Shown here one piece after another: positions 56,982 to 64,000 of a stretch of 64,000 bases of DNA; within the stretch, counting starts at the first letter, position 1; every line of letters begins with the position of its first letter. The notes beneath the pieces were generated by a model. The model worked only from the letters and a program-made list of their open reading frames with translations, was not told where the DNA came from and ran no database searches. Source of the stretch: the human T2T-CHM13v2.0 reference genome, Homo sapiens. The translations under genes were made by a program, and so were the position numbers. The DNA lies in the NCBI RefSeq assembly GCF_009914755.1, contig NC_060925.1; one strand, written 5' to 3'.

Positions 56982-57563
56982 AAGGACACAGAATGATTCC
57001 TAATAAACCCAGAGAGAGGCAGAAAACCAGACTCCATCCCACAAGCGAAAACCAGACTTGTACAGTCACGTTTAGGGTGGGAATCAAATGCCCACAGCAT
57101 CCACCAGGTGAAGCTGGAAAGAGCAGAATTAGTGGGGGCCCCGAGCAGAGGCCAGCCAGGGCCCCCTGCTGCTCAGCTCCTACCTAGCGCCCCCCATGGG
57201 GACCCCATTCTTCAAGAAACACATCCACCTAATGAGAGGCACGCATCTTGTGGGCATCTGGACTCTACCAACTAGAGAAAAAGATGAGCACCTGGCGAGA
57301 TGTGAACAGTGATTGGGTATTCGACGATACTAAGGACTTATAAGTGTGTTTGGGAGGATGTGATAGCGCTATTGTGGGTGTTCAAGGTAGGAAGTTATCT
57401 TTTAGATACAATATCTGGGATCTGCTTCGAAATACCGCAGTGGGAAAGAGGTGAGGCAGGAACGGGCAGGTGTTGCCCATTGCTGGTGCTGGGAGACGAA
57501 TACCCAGGGGCTTGGGATGCTCTACACTCTGCTTTTGTGTATATCTGAGCATTCCCAGAATAA

Positions 57564-58077
<514 letters not shown>

Positions 58078-59096
58078 TGCATCTCCATTTTTCAATCAGC
58101 ATCCCCATTTTCAAATGAACAACGGAGGCCCTAAGTCACATGGAGGTCCGATTCTGAAGAAAGAGTGCAGGTGAAATACCGGGAAAATAGCTGTTTGGCA
58201 AGGGAAAGAATCCTAGGCAGCGGATTTTCTCCCCCAGGCAAATAAGATGCCGCTCCGGGTGCCAGGCAGGGCAGGGCACCTCTGGGCTTCAGGTGGCTTG
58301 GCTCTCACAGTTCTGCAAGGTGGTTTTATGTTGTTATTGGAAATAGAAGGTGCAGGTTGGCTAAGCCACCACCAGGCTCTCCTGGTCTCTCTCCCATGGC
58401 AAGGGGCCTCCATAAAGGCCCAGCAAGCCCAGCCCTCACAGGGTAGAGGACGGTTGGGCCAGGTCCCTAGCCCAGGACGGCAAGGAAGTGAAAACACAAA
58501 ACAGAATAGGATCATCCGTGTGTCAATATCGAGGGCTTCCTTGGAGGGGGCAGCCTCAGCTTCTGAATTAACCACACCCACCTGTGAGTGGGCCCCTACC
58601 ACAGTGTGGTTCAGGAGCAGAGTCTGGAATGAGGCCTGGTGCGAATCCCCCTGCCCCATCGCCCATGCCTGGAGGGGCTTGAGTCCCTCTGTCCCCGTCT
58701 AGAGTGTGAGAGTCACTGCCATAGCCTGGCTGGGAGTGAGTCCCCATCACCTCCGCCACTGCCGGCTGGGTGACCTTGGGCAGGCAGGTTGCCCTCCCTG
58801 AGCCGTGGGCTCAGTGTCTGTCAGGCAGAGGAGGTGACGGCGCCCACAGGCAAGGTGACTGAGGAGCAAATGGGATGACCATGTGGCTGCCAGCAATGGC
58901 AGCTGCTATCATGGGATGTGGGGATTTGGTGGACATCTGTTGAGCTGAACACTAATTTAATTTAGGGCTTTGGGGACAGATCTGAGGTTTGGAGGCTGAA
59001 CAGAAAAGGAAAGAAAAATGAAATAACTCAGAACACCAGGTAACATGCTGGCTGAGAACCCCACACACTTGGCTCAGGTGGGCAAAGGAGGGATCC

Positions 59097-59240
59097 AGAG
59101 GACAGTTGGCCTCCCCTTACCAGGCACCACACACAGAGGGCATAGAGGACAGTCGGCCTCCCCTTACCAGGCACCACACACAGAGGGCACAGAGGACAGT
59201 CGGCCTCCCCTTACCGGACGCCACACACAGAGGGCAGAGA
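59097..59240. repeat. 47-bp minisatellite, 3 copies
   Basis: agaggacagt recurs at 59097, 59144 and 59191. Confidence 0.92.
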
Positions 59241-59284
59241 GGCCCACCCGGCCACCTCCTGACTAGGTACTAGGTCATGGCTTC

Positions 59285-59335
59285 AGAGAGAGAGAGAGAG
59301 AGAGCGCAAGTGTGTGTGTGTGTGTGTGTGTGTGT
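59285..59335. repeat. compound (AG)n-(TG)n microsatellite
   Basis: About (AG)10, a short spacer, then about (TG)12. Confidence 0.93.
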
Positions 59336-60097
59336 AGGGCACGTGTGTGCGTGTGTTTAAGGGGCTTAGTAGCGGCAGAGCTGCAGCCCACAGACTGAGT
59401 TCTTCTAGGTTGATCTGCCTCATAAAGAAACTGACTTGTGACCACAACAGCTGGACTAGTGGTCCCACTCACACACACAGCCAGCACAGGTGTGCCACGG
59501 AATTCCACGGCATTTCCCACAGACCAACTCTAAATACTGCCCTGGGCAGCCAACAGAAGCTCTGTCAGCCTCCAATGGGGGCCAGGACCAGCTGCATTTG
59601 CCATGAAACGCTGACCATTTATATTCAGAAAATGGCAACCTGGTGATGAAGTGACAACAGCTGAGCACAGGAATGACGATGAGCCAGCAGGATTCCAGCA
59701 GGACCGTGTGTGCTGGGGAGACACATTGTTAACTGGAGTATGTGAGAAGTTTATCACCAAATGTGCACTATATGTGGCCTTCCTCAGGGGGAGATACGTC
59801 GCCATCCAGCAGCTAGTCAGGGTCCTCCTAGGAACAAATGAGCCAGGGACAAGCAGGAGTTTTAAGGAAGGGACACCAAAGCCTAGCATCAGGAGCCAGG
59901 ACAGCACATGGACACAGGGTCCTGATGCTGCTGGGGGCCGTGAGCTGGATGCTGAGGGCAGCGGCTGGCATTGCCGGGGAAGCTGGTGCCAGGCATGGCC
60001 CAGCATGTCACATAGAGGAACTCGGCTGCAAAGTCAGTGCCATGAGCCGTGAACTTTGTCTGTTCACTGAGGCAGCCTGAGTCCATGACTCACAGCT

Positions 60098-60487
60098 GGC
60101 CCCTCCCCTCTCCACAAACACGGAATCTCACCGGACCCCACCCGATCCTGTGATGCACAAGGCCGGCCCTCTCCACAAACACAGAATCTCACCGGACCCC
60201 ACCCGATCCTGATGCGCGGCCGGCCCTCTCCACAAACACGGAATCTCACCGGACCCCACCCGATCCTGACGCGTGGCCGGCCTCTCTCCACAAACACAGA
60301 ATCTCACCGGACCCCACCCGATCCTGATGCGCAGCCAGCCCCTCCCCTCTCCACAAACACGGAATCTCACCAGACAGCACCCTATCCTGATGTGTGGCCG
60401 GCCCCTCCCCTCTCCACAAACACGGAATCTCACCGGACAGCACCCTATCCTGATGCGCGGCCGGTCCCTCTCCACAAACACAGAATG
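60098..60487. repeat. 57-63-bp minisatellite, about 6.5 copies
   Basis: ctctccacaaaca recurs at 60108, 60169, 60226, 60284, 60347, 60410 and 60468. Confidence 0.95.
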
Positions 60488-61169
60488 ACCAACACCGGGT
60501 CTCACTGGACAACACCCGATGAGGCAGCAGCCTCCCTGTCTCCATTCTACAAGTCAGGAACCAGACACATGGAGAGTCACGCTTCCAAAGTCACACCACT
60601 AGGGGTAGGATGGGACCGGACCTGACCTTGGGCCACCAGAGGCAATGCCATGTTGCCTCCCCATCCTGTCCTGTGACATCGAGTCCAGAGTGGAATTCTT
60701 CCCAAGATGATTGCAGGAAGGAGCGTTCAAAGTCACAGACCCAGAGTGTCCAGTGCTGGCCACCAGCTGGTGTCATCAACTCAGGGTGGTTTAGCTGTGG
60801 GGGAAGGAGGAGGGAAAGGAAGGGTTCGTGTTGGATTTAATGTTCAGAACTTAGGAAGTGCCTACAATTAACCCCTTGTTCTTCCATCCTGAAAAGCAGA
60901 ATGAGAGAATAAATGGAAGGAGTTGTAATCAGCTCCTTCAAACCGGGGTTTGCCCCATTTATCCAAAAGGCTACCTTGTTGGTATGAGACTCCACAAGGG
61001 ACCTCATGTTACTGAAAACCGCTCAGGATCCAAAGCACGTGACAGTCAACCCCGAGGGGAAGATGTGAGCGGCTATTGAGTGCCTGGTGTGCGAATACCC
61101 TCTTCACCACCCCCATGCTCCTGCAGGCTCCACACGGCACCCCCAGACCACACTGCATGATGTGACATG

Positions 61170-61290
61170 GACGCCTGCACTGGGTGAGGACCTGCCTCGT
61201 TGTCCCTGTGTCCCTGACCCAACACAGAGCTGGCATCTGGTGCTCAGGAAATGGTTGCTGAATGAATGAATTAATCAATGAATGAATGCA
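61170..61290 (+). mobile_element. L2 3' end with (TGAA)n tail
   Basis: aacacagagctggca...gtgctcaggaaatggttgctgaatgaatgaa. Confidence 0.6.
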
Positions 61291-64000
61291 GGTTGACTAA
61301 CAGGTCACAACCAGCCCAAGCAAGCTGCCCCAGCCACAAAGTATGTGGCTCCTTCAGGCAACAATTTGCGTCAAGAATTAGTCACAGATGAGGGCAGGAA
61401 AAGCTCATCCGGTCCCAGAAACCCCAAAGCCAGGTGAGCTTGATGACCGGCCAAAAAACCAAGCCCACACTCAAAATGATCTTGCTGTGTGAGCTGGACG
61501 GTGACATTTACAGGGACAGCCTCCTCCAGCCCCAGCAGCCAGCACACACGCACCGGCCTGGGAAACCACGCAGAGTTTAGATCAGCGGCAGACCTGCTAT
61601 GAAACAACAACTTTATACTAACGATGGAAAAGGCCAAGACTGGTGGATGGAGTCAGTGCTATTCTGGGGCCCAGGCCAGGGGGGCTGTCGTAATCCCACC
61701 ATGTGTGTCTATTATCAGATTATACCCCACACCTGGAGTTTTATTCTAAGGACCCGGAACAGTGACTCACGAGCGGTGGGAAATCAGGACGGTGTAGCAT
61801 CCTGACTCTGGCAGACAAGGAGGTCTTTCAAGACCTGGGCTGGCCTCATGGACACTGGCCAGGGCAGCAGGCAGGAGGGCTCTGAGCTCCCAAAGGATCT
61901 CATCTGGAAGGATCTTTGTCCACTTCAGGTCATCTGCACCTCCCAGAGAAGTCATAGTAGGATCCTGGGCCAACTCAAGGCCAACTTTACGACTCAGGAG
62001 ATAACCTTTCTCGGGGAAACACTTAGAACGGTCCAAAAACCAAGCGTTTGGCCTTGCGACAGCGAAGGCTCCCAGTCCCTGCAGGTGTTGAGGCAGCAGG
62101 ATCAGAGGCGGGAGCAGAAACCCACCCGAGAAGACGGACCTGGCGAAAAACCAGTGCCTCAGCCTCCACCCACCCCAGTCTGTGTTTTCACAAATGCACT
62201 TTTTAGTGTCGATCCAGTGGGCTTGAGAAAAACATAGAAAAACCATGGTCTGTGTGTCAGCTGAACTCTGCTGGCTACTTAGAGGGAAGGAAAGTGATCT
62301 CATAAAAACTGAGATTTTAATCAACCACTGTTGATCACAAGCCCTCTCCTACCGGCGAGACACAACCCTGGGCATCCTGTTGTAGGGCCTCGTGCCAAGC
62401 CTGCTGGTTACCTGCCACCGAGAGAGAGCAATGAGGTCAGATGGTCCCTGCAGAAGTGAGATCATTAGAAAGCCACGTGCCCATCGTGTCCTGCGTGTAA
62501 AGACTGCTACCACACAATGCCTGTGTCTATGACAGCACACACAAGACACTACAATCAATGTGTTAACTGAGAAAACTAAATTTTAAGAAAACAACCCAGA
62601 AAAACATAGTGCCTTCCTCACAACTGCCTTTCTTGCCACCACTGTCCACCTGGGCCCCTGCCTTGCCAGAGGGAGCCACCCCGCTTCTGACGCTGGAAGC
62701 CACTGTCTCCCTTTCACTTTCTTCCGCTGTATTTAAAATATCGAGTGCCTAAGTTTTTTCCAAGATGCTTCTTTCCAGGTTCCTACTGAAAAGCCTCATC
62801 AATTTCCCCCACCGCAGGCACAACGGGTGCTGCCAACGTTGGAAAATAACTTTGGCACATTACAGTCCACCGCAGGCAGTCCTCATCTCCCAAGATCTGT
62901 AATTTAAAAGATGACAACAAAATTGTAGGACCCGCCGTCCTTGGAGCTGCATTTATTTCAAGAATTACGGGGAAAAAAAAAAGACTTTCTTGGCCACTAA
63001 TGTATACACGTTAGGTACCAAAGGTATTTTTAATTGTAACATTTAACTGCTTATAGGTTTTTGTTTTGTGTTTTTTTGTTTTTAAGTATTGATCTGTCAA
63101 CTGGCTTAAAAATAAGGCTTCATTTTCTTCTCCCAAGGCCTTGCTCGTGACTGGGTCAGGCTTGCCTGCAAACCCAAGGCGGCAGTTCACAGCTCGGAGC
63201 CCGTGTGCCGCTGTCTGTTCTGTGGGCGGCAATCTGAGATGCCCCCATTTCTATATTTAATCCCAACTGACGGAGCGTGGGCGCCGGCCTCCTATATTAA
63301 GAAAATGATAGTAACTTCATCTTGTTTTAAATACCCCACCCGTTAGTAATTACAAGAGTTCTGAAAAGATCCAGTTGAGTGAGAACCTGCGAGACAGCCC
63401 TGGCCTCTCCCTCCCAGGTTCTGTGGCTGGGACCATGGACAGAGGAATATTCACTAAGTGGTTCCCGGACGTCTGGGAGCATCATAGACCCAGGGAGAAG
63501 GGCCAAGAGCTGCCCACGCCCATTGATTCCTTACATTCTATAGAGTCTGAAGCAGGGAAGGGGGGAGGTCTTGACTGCTTCCTGATGTTTGAGTATCCAT
63601 GCTTCACTTTCAAAATAAGGAAGCAGAGAAAGGGTAGATGGATTTTGCATCCCAACTGCCATGGAGGCCCCAGCAAGAGGAGGCTGCAGCTACACACGAG
63701 CCCCCAGGCCCACCCCTAAGAAGGACAGGCCAGTGAGAGGCTGCGGCCTCAGCCTGGAGGCTACCAAAGCAAGGTCGCTTCCTGGAAGGCCCAGAAATTT
63801 TGGTGGGGTGTCAGTTTCCTTCCAAGAGTCCAGGGGACGCTCCTTTTGAAGGGTTTGTGTTCATCACTTGGAACAGGGAAATGTTGTCAGTGGGTATCTG
63901 CCACGCATGCCCCTGGCGACCACAGCTAAAGAGAGAAGCACAGGCTGGACAATGTGGCACCAAAAAAAAAAAAAAAAGAAAGAAAAGAAAAGAAAAACAC

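Noticed and set aside
60098-60487. CRISPR-like appearance of repeat arrays (also 24828-24992 and 59097-59240)
   Set aside because: Contiguous tandem units without unique spacers, no cas genes, mammalian context

Overview
This is GC-rich, Alu-containing primate genomic DNA. From remembered protein sequences (no database search was run) it looks like the human 1p36.31 HES3-GPR153-ACOT7 locus. It holds three genes, each reconstructed by hand from GT-AG boundaries and codon phase. (1) HES3 on the + strand, a Hairy/E(spl) bHLH repressor with four exons: 186 aa from ATG 4010, or 208 aa from an upstream in-frame ATG at 3835. (2) GPR153 on the - strand, complete: one non-coding and five coding exons that join into exactly 609 codons plus stop. 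(3) The last three coding exons of the hotdog-fold acyl-CoA thioesterase ACOT7 on the - strand, plus a 73-nt frameshifting cassette exon; its 5' exons lie beyond the window end. The rest is CpG islands, about 25 Alu elements or fragments, MIR/L2/L1 relics, MaLR LTRs, a MER5-like element and three minisatellites. Most entries in the supplied ORF track are GC-rich or Alu artefacts. I see no well-supported wholly new biological system. The best leads are regulatory and post-transcriptional: a full-basic-region HES3 isoform, a non-terminal WRPW motif, four uORFs in the GPR153 leader, inverted Alus that could circularise GPR153 exons 2-3, the ACOT7 poison exon, possible ACOT7-GPR153 read-through, and a divergent CTCF motif pair. 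Repeat family names and boundaries are approximate, by eye.
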